DNA of 64,000 bases. It comes from Podarcis gaigeae (lineage: Eukaryota). Under the pieces are notes generated by a model. The model searched no databases and was not told where the DNA came from. It saw nothing but the letters and a program-made list of their open reading frames with translations. The translations under genes and the position numbers were made by a program. Of this stretch, positions 1-12,687 are shown piece after piece; positions within the stretch are counted from its first letter, which is position 1, and each line of letters begins with the position of its first letter. Location of the stretch: NCBI GenBank assembly GCA_964106915.2, contig OZ066921.1; one strand, given 5' to 3'.

Positions 1-978
1 ATCAGATGGAAGGAGCTCTCTAGAACTCCTCTCTTGTAATTTTAGTTTTGCTAGCCGGGCTGGCAACCACTCCACCAAAATGGCAGCATGATCCACTCAA
101 TTCCCTGGCTTTCAGAATGCTACTTATGCAAGAGATTTGGTGGTGGGGCACTTTTTTATGGTGGCAGGGGGAGAAGGCGAACAGAACAACAGGGACCTCA
201 AAAGCAACAGGCAACTGCATTCTAGCCTCCATTAAACCGCAGCGACAGACAAAACAACAATTTAGCTAAACAGCCTCTGCATAACTGCTCATTATCCTCT
301 GCTGAAAACAGCTACTAATGTTGGCTTTTCAACTAAGCTTACAGCAGGCCACAAGCTTGGAAGTGCATCAATAAAAGTGCCAGGGGTGTCACCCACCTAA
401 AGGAAGTAAAGAGGGAGCCTTGGGAACTTCCACAGCTATGAAGTAAAGGGAGTAGAGCAGAGCTGACTGGGCTACTGAACTGCAGAACATTTTTTCCAGC
501 CCATTTCCACCTCCCCCAGCCCCTCCCAAGCAGGCAGGCAGGCAGACAGACAGAAATCACCATCCTTCCCCTCAGCTGACCGAGCGGCAGGGGTTTGGCT
601 GATGCTGGGAGGGAGGCATGTGACAGGAGGTATGAAGGCCAGCTCACAGCACAGTCCAAAAAGCTTAGGCAGCTTTAAAGACTGAAAAAAGTTATTTTGC
701 TAAAAGCAAGGGATTTGTGTTCGCTGCTGCATGCGAGATTTGCTGGCAAGACAAAAGCAAAAGAAATGCCATTCCCAGCTGCAAGTCATTAGTGAGGCCT
801 GAAAACAGCAGAGAACTGCCCTGCAGATTCCCTGAGCTCAGCCTTCCCAGCCTAGAGGGACAGAGGACGCCCCCCCTCCACCACCCCACCCATGAGGCCA
901 AATACTGTAAAGTTCCGTCAGCTGATAGGAAAAGCAGCAAGACATAGCACAGGGCCGCCCAGCCTTTGGCACAGCTTA

Positions 979-1212
<234 letters not shown>

Positions 1213-1607
1213 TCAGTTATGAACGGACAAAAACATAGCCAGTACTGTATTTGTGGGACAGCTATGGCAACATTTCAAGATGCAGGGACAGGAAACCTGT
1301 GGCACTTCAGCTGCAATTCCCATCAGCCAGCATGACCAAAGGTTAGGGATGATGGGAGCTGGAGTCTTGCAACATCTGGAGTACAGCTTTTTTTGGGGGG
1401 GGGAAGGAGCCTGTCTAAATCAAAGAACAGGTTAAGAGCCCAATGAGCTTTGGAGGCAGTGTAAAGGGGCATCTTCTGTGCTCTCACTCTCAAGCGTTAA
1501 TGTGCAGCTGGCATTAATTCCAATAAAGCTTTGGGGGAAGTTCCAAACAAATGTCGCTAACAGAGAATGTGTGTTGTCTCTGACTCTGGGCAGATTGCTC
1601 CATTGAA

Positions 1608-1806
1608 ACATAGGGAAACCTAGGAAGCTGCCTTACTCAGAGTCCACTGGCCCATCTAGCTCAATTGTCTCCACTGACTGGGAACATCTCTCCAGCATTT
1701 CAGGCAGGGTCATTTCCAGCCCTACCTGGAAACACCAGTGGGGACTGAACCTACAATTTTCCATATGCAAAGCAGTTGCTCTACCAATGAGCTAAGGCCC
1801 TTCCCC
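1608..1806 (-). mobile_element. tRNA-derived SINE (Squam2/Anolis-SINE2-like)
   Basis: Minus-strand tRNA-like head (TAGCTCATTGGTAGAGCA...GGTTCAGTCCC) and AAGGCAGCTTCCTA tail; homologous to 2283-2452. Confidence 0.7.
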
Positions 1807-2282
1807 AAGTCAGTGAAGTAATTCAGACCAGCTCCTCTGAGCGACTGTCGTGGAAAGCGGGCCTCATCCAGCATGTGGGGCAATGTCCTCAGGTGTCTGA
1901 GATTCAGTGGGCATAGGTGGGAAAAGTGGTGGGCTGCTGGGAATGCTAGAGGTGGCCAAAGGATTTAATACCATCCTCATTCAAGTCACAACTCTCAATG
2001 ACTGCAACTTTCAGGTAAATAACCAACCTTTCACAATGCAAGATTGCCAAGTGATAAAAGCAAAAGTTTTTTTTTTTTAAAATACCCACCAAAAATAATT
2101 ACATATGGTGGTTAAGGCACAGATTCAACAGTGAAAGCAGCACAAGGGTAGCTTCTACAAAGTTTACATTCCAAATGGAAAATAAGGTAATGGCGGAAGA
2201 AAGCATCAATTGATCTGTAGCCAGTAGCTCATGTTGAAGGGATCCATGGAGAGGACTTTGGACGTTCTTCATCCTGGCTCCT

Positions 2283-2452
2283 GGAAGTGTCATGGTTCAG
2301 TGGCTGAGCATCTGTTTTGTATGCAGAAGGTCTCAGGTTTCAATTCCTGACAACTATAGGTAGGACTGGGAAAGACCCCTGCCTAAAACCCTGGAGAGAC
2401 GCTGCCAGTCAGACCGATGGTGTGACTCAGTTTAAGGCAGCTTCCTATGTAA
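2283..2452 (+). mobile_element. tRNA-derived SINE (Squam2/Anolis-SINE2-like)
   Basis: GGTTCAGTGGCTGAGCATCTG...CAGGTTTCAATTCCTG head and AAGGCAGCTTCCTATGT tail. Confidence 0.7.
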
Positions 2453-3584
2453 GTCAGTCAATAATTTAGTTTGCCTGTCAGCTCTGAAAGTAAAGCACAA
2501 TGGGGAGAGTGAATAAAAAACCTTCCTCCCTCCCCACAAACCCAGAAATGTTTTGCCCATGAAACTCTTTTCATAGTCTCCTCAGAAAGCCAAGCCTGGC
2601 CCTGGAACAGAATGGTTTATAGGCCTCCTTCCATTCTTATTACAAGAGAATCTCGTCAGCCAGAGATGACAAGATTCCATAAATCGTTTTTTGTGTGGAT
2701 AAAAGCTGCTGCAGCAGCAGAAAGAAGACCACAAGAAGAGCTGGCTCTTGCCATCATTAAGGAGAAACAAACGTTCCAAGCCAGCATTCCTGCATCTTTA
2801 GAAGCTTCTGCCCTCCTCCTGTTCTCAGCATCAATTCCCATTCTGACTTTACATCAGTATTAACAGCTTTAGCCTTTGCAAAATCCTTGTGACAAAGGAT
2901 GTGGGGTTCTGCATAACAAAGTCCATACGTTTAATGGGAGCACTTGCTTCACATTGACATTTGGGGTTTGATTAGCAAAACATTTCTGCTCAGCATGGGG
3001 CCTATGAGTCAGTGTCCGCCAAAGGTACAGTCGGCTGTTGTCTTAATGGGCAAACGCTCGGGAGTTTATTTTTATAAGCCAAAGATAATACCATGTGGGA
3101 GGCTCACTCAGGCTGTTAAGGCATTATCTCCATTGGATCCCCCACACTATGATCATTGCCATGTTCGCCAAGCCACCCTGCAGTATTCACTGGGAAAATA
3201 GATTGGCACACTTTTCACAAGAAAATATTTTTGTAAGTCTATGGTGCTTAGGCTGGGTTCTGGTTGCCCCAATCAACAGCCCCTTCCCTTGCTATTCCCG
3301 TGGAAAATCTCACAGAGCTAAGTCATACAATTAAGTTCTGAAGCAGGCAAAACCACCTCCTAGCTGGCTAGTTGCAGGAAGTGGTGTGTGTCATGCATTT
3401 CACACATTTGTGGTGGCTGCTGGTGTCCCAATCTAGGCCACCAAGTCTTTTTAGGACATGCTTTGCCAAGCTGGCACCCTCCTGATAGTTTGGACTACAA
3501 CTCCTGCCAGCCCAAGCCAGCACAGTTCTGTTAGCTGAGCCTAATGGCAGTTGTAGTCCAAAGCATCTGAAAAGTGTCAGGTCA

Positions 3585-3986
<402 letters not shown>

Positions 3987-4475
3987 TCATGTGTGAGTAG
4001 GTGGGGGAATTCCAAGGGGGATGAAAAGTGGCTGCTGGGCAAGGAATTAAAAGCTATGTGACCTCTTAAGCTTGCCAAAATCTCAGGTTGGCTTAAGCAC
4101 AGACAAAGGTGCACTTTGCTACGAGTCAGAGGAGAGGCTTAAGTAATCAACAGGCAACCCATTCTTAGCAATATTAGCTGCCTTCTCTCTCAACCTGGAA
4201 AACTCACAAGGCCATGCAAGTTTCACTGTTTGTGGCAACTGCTATTGTTATGGGTACCAGTAATCAGTACAGAATTATTTTATTGTATTATAATAAGTTA
4301 TTTTAGATCTAATGGAAGGGCCACCCACTGCAGGCTCACATGGGGCAGGTGCTAAGTTAGTCAGGACTCACAAGAGGATTTTTCCTGTAGCTGTACCCAC
4401 ATTCTGGAGGAAGGTTTGGAATGCTCTCTTTTAACCCTCCTCCATCAGGAGAAGGCAGTTTTTCTCGTGCAAGCC

Positions 4476-4612
4476 TATTAATAATGATGATGATGATGAT
4501 GATGATGAAGATGAAGATGATACCCCACCTATCTGGCTGGGCAGCTTCCAACAAAAGATTAAAAATACATTAAAACATCAGTCATTAAAAACTTCCCTAA
4601 GCAGGGCTGCAT
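4476..4612 (-). mobile_element. L2-type LINE/SINE 3' tail with a (GAT)n microsatellite
   Basis: (GAT)n followed by ATACCCCACCTATCTGGCTGGG...AAAACTTCCCTAAGCAGGGCTGC; similar tails at 44050-44100 and 49700-49760. Confidence 0.6.
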
Positions 4613-4730
4613 ATTAAAGTTGGATATTTTCATTATCTGTTATGCTATTTGTGTCTTTTGGTTTTGAATTGCATTTATTATTGGATATTTCTTTATTGTT
4701 ATCCACTTTGAGAGTACTCTGGTCAGAAGA

Positions 4731-4800
4731 AATCATAGAATCGTAGAGCTGGAAGGGACCCCGAGGGCCATCTAGTCCAACCCCCTTCAGTGCAGGAATC
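4731..4800 (-). mobile_element. CR1 LINE 3' terminal stub
   Basis: GGGGGTTGGACTAGATGGCCCT...CCCTTCCAGCTCTACGATTCTATGATT: CR1 3' stem-loop followed by the ATTCTRTG repeat. Confidence 0.85.
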
Positions 4801-4803
4801 AAA

Positions 4804-4903
4804 ACCCAGTATTCCCAGGCAGTGTCCCATCCAAGTACTAACCAGGCCTGACCCTGCTTAGCTTCTGGGATCAGCCAAGATCAAGCATGTTCAGGATAGT
4901 ATG
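4804..4903 (-). pseudogene. 5S rRNA-derived sequence (about nt 10-108 of 5S), CpG-decayed
   Basis: Minus strand CATACTATCCTGAACATGCTTGATCTTGGCTGATCCCAGAAGCTAAGCAGGGTCAGGCCTGGTTAGTACTTGGATGGGACACTGCCTGGGAATACTGGGT aligns to vertebrate 5S rRNA. Both ends are missing. Confidence 0.9.
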
Positions 4904-5910
4904 CAAATTGTTCCAGAAAAAGCAAAAAACTGCTCAAAAATTCTAATACTGTATTATAAATATGTGGATTTTTCCAAGAAACAGTTTATGAAAGTCATCA
5001 GGATGACTTATGCTTAAACTCTGCATTTAAAACCAAGACAATGAAATTCACTGTGATAGTTTCATTTAGATTCTACATAGGCAACTTCAGCTGCTTTCCC
5101 TTAAAGGTCTCCACTAAGGTCAGTGAGAGATCTCTCTGCTCCTCAGATCATTTAATGCAGGGATGGGCAGAAGGTGTTTCAGGATCTACTGGGTGAACTC
5201 TGGGTGACCTTAAGCTGATCAGCAAAGATTTCTTATTCCATTTTTAAAAATAAAAAATAAAAAATAGCAAAGCCAAAAAGCCTAACTCTCAACTAACATG
5301 AAGCTGCTGAAACAAAGCACATATTGGAAAACCATAATTTGATTTGTGTGTGAAACTCCTGCAAGTTCAATTCTAGTACAAATAACAAGTTCTGGGGCTA
5401 GGCAAACGCTCAGAGGTACCATGGTCTGAATTCTAAATTTGCATCATCCTTCCACCCAAAGCTCATTTGGGGGACCTCAAGGTTCTAGTAACAAAACAAG
5501 AGTAGATCCTGCAAGTCTGAAGTCTTCCCACCCTTAACTTGAATTACCTAAAAATTCAGCATAGATATTATGTTATCTTCCTTGTCTGAACAAGGAGAAG
5601 AACAGATAAATGAAAACAATCAGAAAAGCATTCTTAATGTTGATATCCATATAGGAAAACTTCACAGAAGTTTGACAGCTTTCTGCTTGAGGAGAAAAAG
5701 CAGATTAGGAAAAAACAAGATTACTGACCAAGACAACAGGCCAATTTAGGGGCTGGTGAAGAACTATGGAAGCATTTGGAGGTTCACACAACTGTTTGGC
5801 AGGCACAACACCAAGAGAAATCTACTACCAATCCTGAAGCTTACATTCCTATATCAATCAAAGTTGGCCAAACGGAAAAGTCTTTGCTTAACCTACTTTG
5901 CAATACTTTA

Positions 5911-6243
<333 letters not shown>

Positions 6244-7109
6244 TTATGCCCCAAGCCACAGACCCCCACACAGTCTGTTTTTTGTTCCACATTTCATTTT
6301 CCTAGGAAAGCTAAGCTGGGCTAGGAGAGGCAGCATCTGGTTTGCAGTGTGCTATCACATTACAGCCCCTTTTTCCAGGGACTGAATGAGGAGAGACCAA
6401 GAGCAAGGTCACACAGCAAAGCTGCATGTAAAATGCCTGCTTCAAACTAGGCCAACAGCTCAGGAGCAGAGCATGTTTACGGAGCTGCCTACCTGGAGTT
6501 CCAACATTAACACACATAGGGAAAGGGGAAGTTTGCATTCGATTAGCCAGCAAATATTTGCTCTACCCAGCTCCAGCTTTCCACATTTAGCCTGTTTCAG
6601 CAGTTCTCTCTCATGAGCCGGCCCAGACAGCATGTACAAATCAGCTCACATTCTGCAGGAGGATCCATTTTTTTCTCAGAAAGGGTCATAAATGCTCAAC
6701 CAGATAATGCTAGGCTAGACAGGGGCAAGATGCCTTCTGTCACACCACTACTACAAATATAGAATGAATGATGCAGCTTTGCACCTATTGAACAATTTGC
6801 AAAAACCCGTTTGAATCATGCAGAGAAAGCTCTTCAGCCTTCACCCGGTCCTACTGCTCTGCATAACTTGCACTTGGTTCAAACAGATGTGGGATCTGAA
6901 TTGGGCTCCTACCCTTTGAAATGAATGGAGGCAAACTGCACAGTAGCAGCACTCGAAAGCTTGCAACTTCTGCCAACACTAGAAAGTATGGTCCATCTCT
7001 CCAGCATTCTAAGCCCCTTCTAAGGCAGGATTCTCCAACCTAGTGCCTTCCAGAGACCTTGGACTCCCACATTCCATCAGCCTCAGCCAGGACAACTGTA
7101 TTCCTAGAG

Positions 7110-7362
7110 CAGGGATAGGGAACTTATCTCCCTACACCCAACACAGGCCACATTTGACCCATTTTTGCATAGCAATGTGCACAGAAGTCTCAGTGATCTG
7201 CCGCCTGCTGGTGCTTGTAAAGTGCTGCACACAAGGCTTTGCAGGTGCAAACCTCTCTGGGCCTGGCCTTGTCTTTACCTGCCAACATATATGATGTCAG
7301 GTGTAGGGAAAGTGTCTGTGGCTTCCCCAATAGGCCCACACGTAAAAGTTTTTCCATTGCTG
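7110..7362. mobile_element. hAT MITE with perfect 8-bp TSD TCCTAGAG
   Basis: TSD at 7102-7109 and 7363-7370; imperfect TIRs CAGGGATAGGGAACTT / AAGTTTTTCCATTGCTG. Related sequence near 53800-53880. Confidence 0.8.
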
Positions 7363-10300
7363 TCCTAGAGCTAGGGGCATTCCTAAAATTGCAGAAAACC
7401 ATCTTGGTGGCTGCATCTGCAGGTCACTGGCCTGATCCTGCAGGCTCTTCTTATTTTGGATTCTAAGTCTCATTTCATCCTGCCTTGCTCTTTGATCCAA
7501 CCTGAATGGCCTAACTGCTGCCCACCTCTGCCAATGGCGCATCATCTATCGGAGCCATTAAGGAAGCCTCCCAAATAAATCATGGCTGTTTTGTTGGAAA
7601 ATCTATCTGCTGTAGCCAAGATTAGATTTATGTTAACAAAGGCATTTATCAGCAAGCACCACCAGTTAAAGCAGATGCAAAAAGAAAAAGAAAAACCCCA
7701 CTGTACAGAGATCCAGCCTCATCCACAATTCCAAGCTGGAGCTGCCTGATCAGACACCCAGCACCATATTTCACTCATGGCTTGCTCTGTCCTCACTATC
7801 CAATGACCCCCCACCCTTAGAGGAAAGTAGTGTTTCTCAGATAAAGCCATCATTCACCAAACACCAGTATCTTAGTAACTATGCCCTGCCCACACCTCTT
7901 TTGTCTTCTCCTACCATCTCACAGTCCTTTGTTATATCAGAAAGGGCCAGCTACAGCAGAATGAGAAAATCTATCACAGGAGTTGCAAGCAGGTGCCCAA
8001 TAAAGAATTTTTAAAAAGCAACATTGTAAAAAATAAAAATAAAGCCCAACAACCCACAGAAACTTAACTCGGGGGAAGGATTCCCACAACATACAGAGTA
8101 TGGGGTGAGATTACTTTCTGGGTTCCAGGTGTATACTAAGGATGCATTAAACAACTTATCAAAGAAGAAAAGGGAAAGGGAAAAGGAAAAGGGATTCTAT
8201 TGTTCACAGGTATGGACAACTTTAATACCTGCTTTTCTGAACTTCTGCATATTCACACAAAAATCCACCCACATTTGACCAAGAGGAAATCTACTAGTAC
8301 TTAGCACCCAAGCTTACTAGTTTTTTTCAGAAAACCAAAATGACATCTAAGAGCTTCTAGGATCCAAAGACATATTTTGTCTGATGAGGTGTTCTGCGAA
8401 TCATGGAAGCTTGCACCAACTTTAACCTACAAAGTCAAGTCCATAAAAAGCATCAACACACTAATGTCATTTATCTTGATTACCACAAATTATACCCTAC
8501 ATATAAAACTCTAAGTTCATTAAGCTCCCCATAGGCTTAGGAGAAAACTGGAAAGCTATTGCAGTAGTATTTTCTGGCTTGAGAGCCCTCAGCACTGTCA
8601 GGCATGGGGTTCAGAGCTCTACAATTTTTAGAACCCATGCCAGCAAAGTGTCTTGGTCTAATCAACTTATTTTTGCAAGCAATGACCTCTTTTCACTGAC
8701 AGAGGAAATCCTAATAAAGTACTGCTCTCTCCTAGGTTTCAGAGGCAATCCAAACAGATGTGCCCTCTGCGTTCTTTGATCAGAGTTGTAAAGGGCTTTC
8801 CCCCATCACTTGGGCCTCTCTCATAAGTTGGAGGTAGAATTCAGAGGCTGCTGTGGGAAAATTCAGAGAGATGCCGGCTGGCCATAGAATGGCTCTTGTC
8901 TGCAAGTACACCAGAAAACGGCAGGAGGAACAGATGAAGAGATCTGCCTGCACTGCTCTGCATTTTGCCCCCCTCTGACATCCATCCTTTCCATTTGCTC
9001 AGAGCCTCTGCCACCCAGCTCTGCCAGTCTACCAGCAAAGGGACCCCACTTTTAGCAAAACAGCACACACATTCGCCTCCCAATGCTGCAGAGTGGTCAC
9101 ACTAATCATTCCATAAATAAGTCATATACTAGCTGGAAGAGACACTTCTTGTCAGCAGCTGTGGGACCCATTCCAGCCTCAGAAAGCCTTCATGAAGAAA
9201 TGATTTGCCATTAACCCCAAACCTGAACTCCATGATTAAAAGCTTGCAGGGGCTGCAGTGACAGGCCACAGGACTCTTTGTAAATAATTACTGCTGGGAT
9301 GATCTTTCCCCCAAAGACACAGAGGAGGATTCCACCTCGCAAAGTCAACTTATCCATCCATTACAAGCGGGGAAAAGGTGTAGCACTCAGTAGGTCATGG
9401 TGTACACACGTCAAGCCAAAAAACCCCACACCTCCTGGCCAAGATGACTGCTGCATATTATTTTGTGCAGCCTTTCAGGCACCGGAAAGGACGTACTCAT
9501 AACATAACATACTCATAGTAGGAGCTCCTGAAAAGACCTTGCAACAAATGTAAGACTCTCCCTAGTAAATAGCTCAATCTATAGTATAAGGAAGGTGTCT
9601 TTTCTCCTCAGAGGTTGGAAGAGGGGTCATGATGAAAACAGACCCTATTCCTGCTCTGAAGTAACTGCTGACTGGTGTGAACTGGGACTGCATTGTGACA
9701 GCCAGCACCTCTTGCACTCAGCATGCACATTACAGCATCTAGATATCTCCTTGCTAACCTGACACTGCTTGTTCCATCTGAATCCTGCAATTTGGCTCAC
9801 TGGATGAAACCCTAACCCTGGATTTTGCAGATTTAGATTCATGTTCCACTACTGCCCTGGCCTCTCTCCCTCCTCCTTTTTCTTCCATACACACACACTG
9901 TCTCAGTTACCTATCTGTAAAATGGGAATGGCAACAACCGCCTCAGAGGGCTTTTGTTTTAGCAAGCACAGCAAGAACTGTAAAGGTCTAAGCACTTTTT
10001 AATACACAATGCATACAGTGAAGTTGCATAGTTAGGGGCAGAAACTAAAAACTAAGATCTGACATGGCAGATCATTAACCTCGAATACAGAGTATGGGTT
10101 TACTGGAGAAGAAATTAGCTTGAAACCACCTGGGTCCAGTGGCAACAAGCTGCTTGTTTATCCCCGTTCTGGACCACAAGAGACACTCATCTACTGTTGC
10201 ACTTTGCACACAGAGCAGAAGGAAGGGCTAGTGTTCAAAGCAAAGGAACAATGGGAGGAGATGCTTCCTCTTGCCTTTTTACCAGCACTGCAGGCTCACA

Positions 10301-11242
10301 TGAAAGAGCAGGAAGCATCTCATTTCCAACACCTTTATCCAAAAGAGCAGCACTAGGAGTTTGCAGCCACAAGGCAGCCAAAGTGCAAGCCTGCTCCCTG
10401 CCCAGAAGCCCTTCTGGTCTCTCAGCACTGGGATACGCACACATGCACACTTGTTCTATGGAGGATATGTCTTTCCCTTTTTTAAAACGCAGAGTCAAAT
10501 TACATCAAGGAGGAAAAAAGAGGAGGGGCAGAATACAGCCACCACTGCGGCTGTTTAGCTTCATCTATGAAATCTGCTGAAAGCTCCAAGGGAGGGATGT
10601 TAAACTTGGGGGCACTGTCAGGTCAGCTCAGCCTCAAAATGCAGGTTGTGTGAAAGGGGGGGTGGGCAAGCTATTCTGAAGCTAAGCATCTGTGGGAGGC
10701 CCTTGTGATCTTTTTATAGCTCAGCAGAGGAAATTTTAAAGGAGCTCTCTGCAATATTTTCAGAGGGATGGGGGTGGCGGGACAGGACTATCACTGCAAG
10801 AGGCACATGCATATTCCTGCTGGCCCCCAAATCCTGACACAGACTCTGCTCAAATGCCTTGCCAATCTTCAAAATGCTTTTCCCTGGCAAGTGCCAATGT
10901 CCTCTCCCTAGAAGGGAGACAAAGGTTAAATACTCAGGTGCACATGGCTAAATCTAGGGATGCAACAGAATCAGGTGGTGGAGTGGACTGCAATGCTCAA
11001 CTTGTTTAGGTGTTATTCTCGTTGTGTGATTAACACTCAAAATGAGAGCCTATGGGTATTTGGCAGGCTTCCTCTTTGCAGATATGCAGTGGGGTCAGCG
11101 AATGGGTCCCTGCTGTCTCCTTGTACAATGTGAATCATGGGGAGCAATAAAACCTGAATAGGGCTGCTATATTTCCCACAGATAGGGGATATGGTTTTTG
11201 AAAACCCACACGTGTAAAAGTTCTATGCAAAACAGAAGACTT

Positions 11243-11332
11243 GGGTTACAATCCTAACCCTACTTAACTATGAGTAAGCCCTGTTGAATTCAATAAGTCT
11301 TACTTCTAAGTAGACATAGCTAGATTACACTG
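11243..11332. mobile_element. ~90-bp palindromic MITE family (CAATCCTA...AGTAAGYCCYRYTGAR..CAAT..GACTTAC...GGATTG); other copies near 15440-15531, 19970-20059, 23429-23517, 27105-27212, 52966-53050
   Basis: The same self-complementary unit recurs at six or more positions in the window. Confidence 0.7.
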
Positions 11333-12597
11333 CAATACATCAATAATCCCATCCCTTTGCCTGGAGTGCTGGCCTTTATTGACATAATATTTTTAATGTA
11401 AAGGAGCATTCAAAAATGGAAGAACCCCTTTGCACTTTAAAGTGGTGCAGTCCACTTCACCACCTCATTTTGCCGCATATAATATCACAAGAGCCAATAT
11501 TCTTCATCCTCATAACAGTTTCCCTGAAATTTCAAAGGTTTTAAAATGTCCTAGTAAAATGATGGGTGCATCCCCATGGAGGCGAGTCTGACATATTCAT
11601 TATGCAGCTTTTGGAAAATACTCTTTACCCTGACTTGACCCCTGAGATGTATATTTTTAGGAAGCTGTTTTATATTGTTTTAATTTTTTTTTAATTGTTC
11701 CAACCCACCTTGGATCCTTTGGGTAAAGGCATGTAAATAATTATACAGCTGATAAACACAAACATGTATGTACCCCTTAGAAAAATAATTTAGCAAGACT
11801 ATCCCTTCCCATCTGCATATTTCAAGATCATTTTCTAATTAAAATAAAAAACTTTCTGCTTCTATGAACACTGTATTCCCCTCTCCTCTAACACAGCCAA
11901 CATCTGCTAAATGTTAAAATATATTAACTGCCTCCCTGCCAGCAGCATGGCTCTCTCCACCCTGATGAAGGCTTCCCCTTCTTCATTATATTTGCATGGT
12001 TTCTTGATACCCAAAGCAGGAGCGATGCTAAAACCACTGAGGCAGCAAGCTGAAAGTCACTCCAAAAATGTTACATCTGTGCAAAAGCAAATTGGTTGAG
12101 AATATTGCCTGTGTAGACTCTGAAAAACTTTAGCTGGATCAATAACACATGCCTCAGTAGAAGAGTTTCTGCTCCAAAATAAGGCATCCATTTAATATTG
12201 GCTTCTAAACAGCTTTAATACCTGAAATACATAAAGCTGTATATATTCAAAAGAACTGCAACCAAGTTCTGGAGGCTGAGATGGGAGTGTGGACACAGTC
12301 TTAAAGCCTTTGCAAGTCTTCCTGTGCTCCCCTTTTAAATCTCCAGTTTCACAAAGCCTCATGAGGAATTTTGACAGCTGGGCTAATACGCCCACTTGGC
12401 ATCCATGTGAGAGCATAATGATGTCCTGTGATTGACAGATGGGTATCCTGCCCCCCCCCCGTCAGATCACCTGACAAATTTGGTCTATAAGACCATCGCT
12501 GATAAAGGCCCAGCCCATGGAGCCAAAAAAGTGTTCCACCTCTGCTGTAGTCACTTCTGACTGGAAGTTTCAGAGCAAAACTGCTATTTGTACTTAC

Positions 12598-12687
12598 CCT
12601 CATCTTCTTCTGGAGATTTCCCTTTGGATCCTTCACCACCGCTGCCATTGCGATGAGAACCAGAGGTAGAAAAATAGTCAGTGCCAC
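12598..12687 (-). CDS. SPG7: SPG7 exon 3 (90 nt): (G)GTDYFSTSGSHRNGSGGEGSKGKSPEEDE(E)
   Basis: GACAG acceptor and AGG|GTAAGT donor, phase 1 to 1. Similar to human GTFYFNTS...[10 protein letters not shown]. Confidence 0.9.

Noticed and set aside
4804-4903. Functional 5S rRNA gene
   Set aside because: Truncated at both ends, CpG-decayed, single copy within an intron.
8378-8420. Hammerhead-like CTGATGAG...GGAAGCTT motif; also a Penelope-like terminal fragment near 22065-22110
   Set aside because: The catalytic GAAA is absent and the stems are unconvincing; at most a decayed Penelope-like remnant.
12349-12687. 112-aa ORF with a signal-peptide-like start (MALTIFLPLVLIAMAA)
   Set aside because: It is an alternative frame of SPG7 exon 3 running into the intron and starts at a GTG at the splice acceptor.
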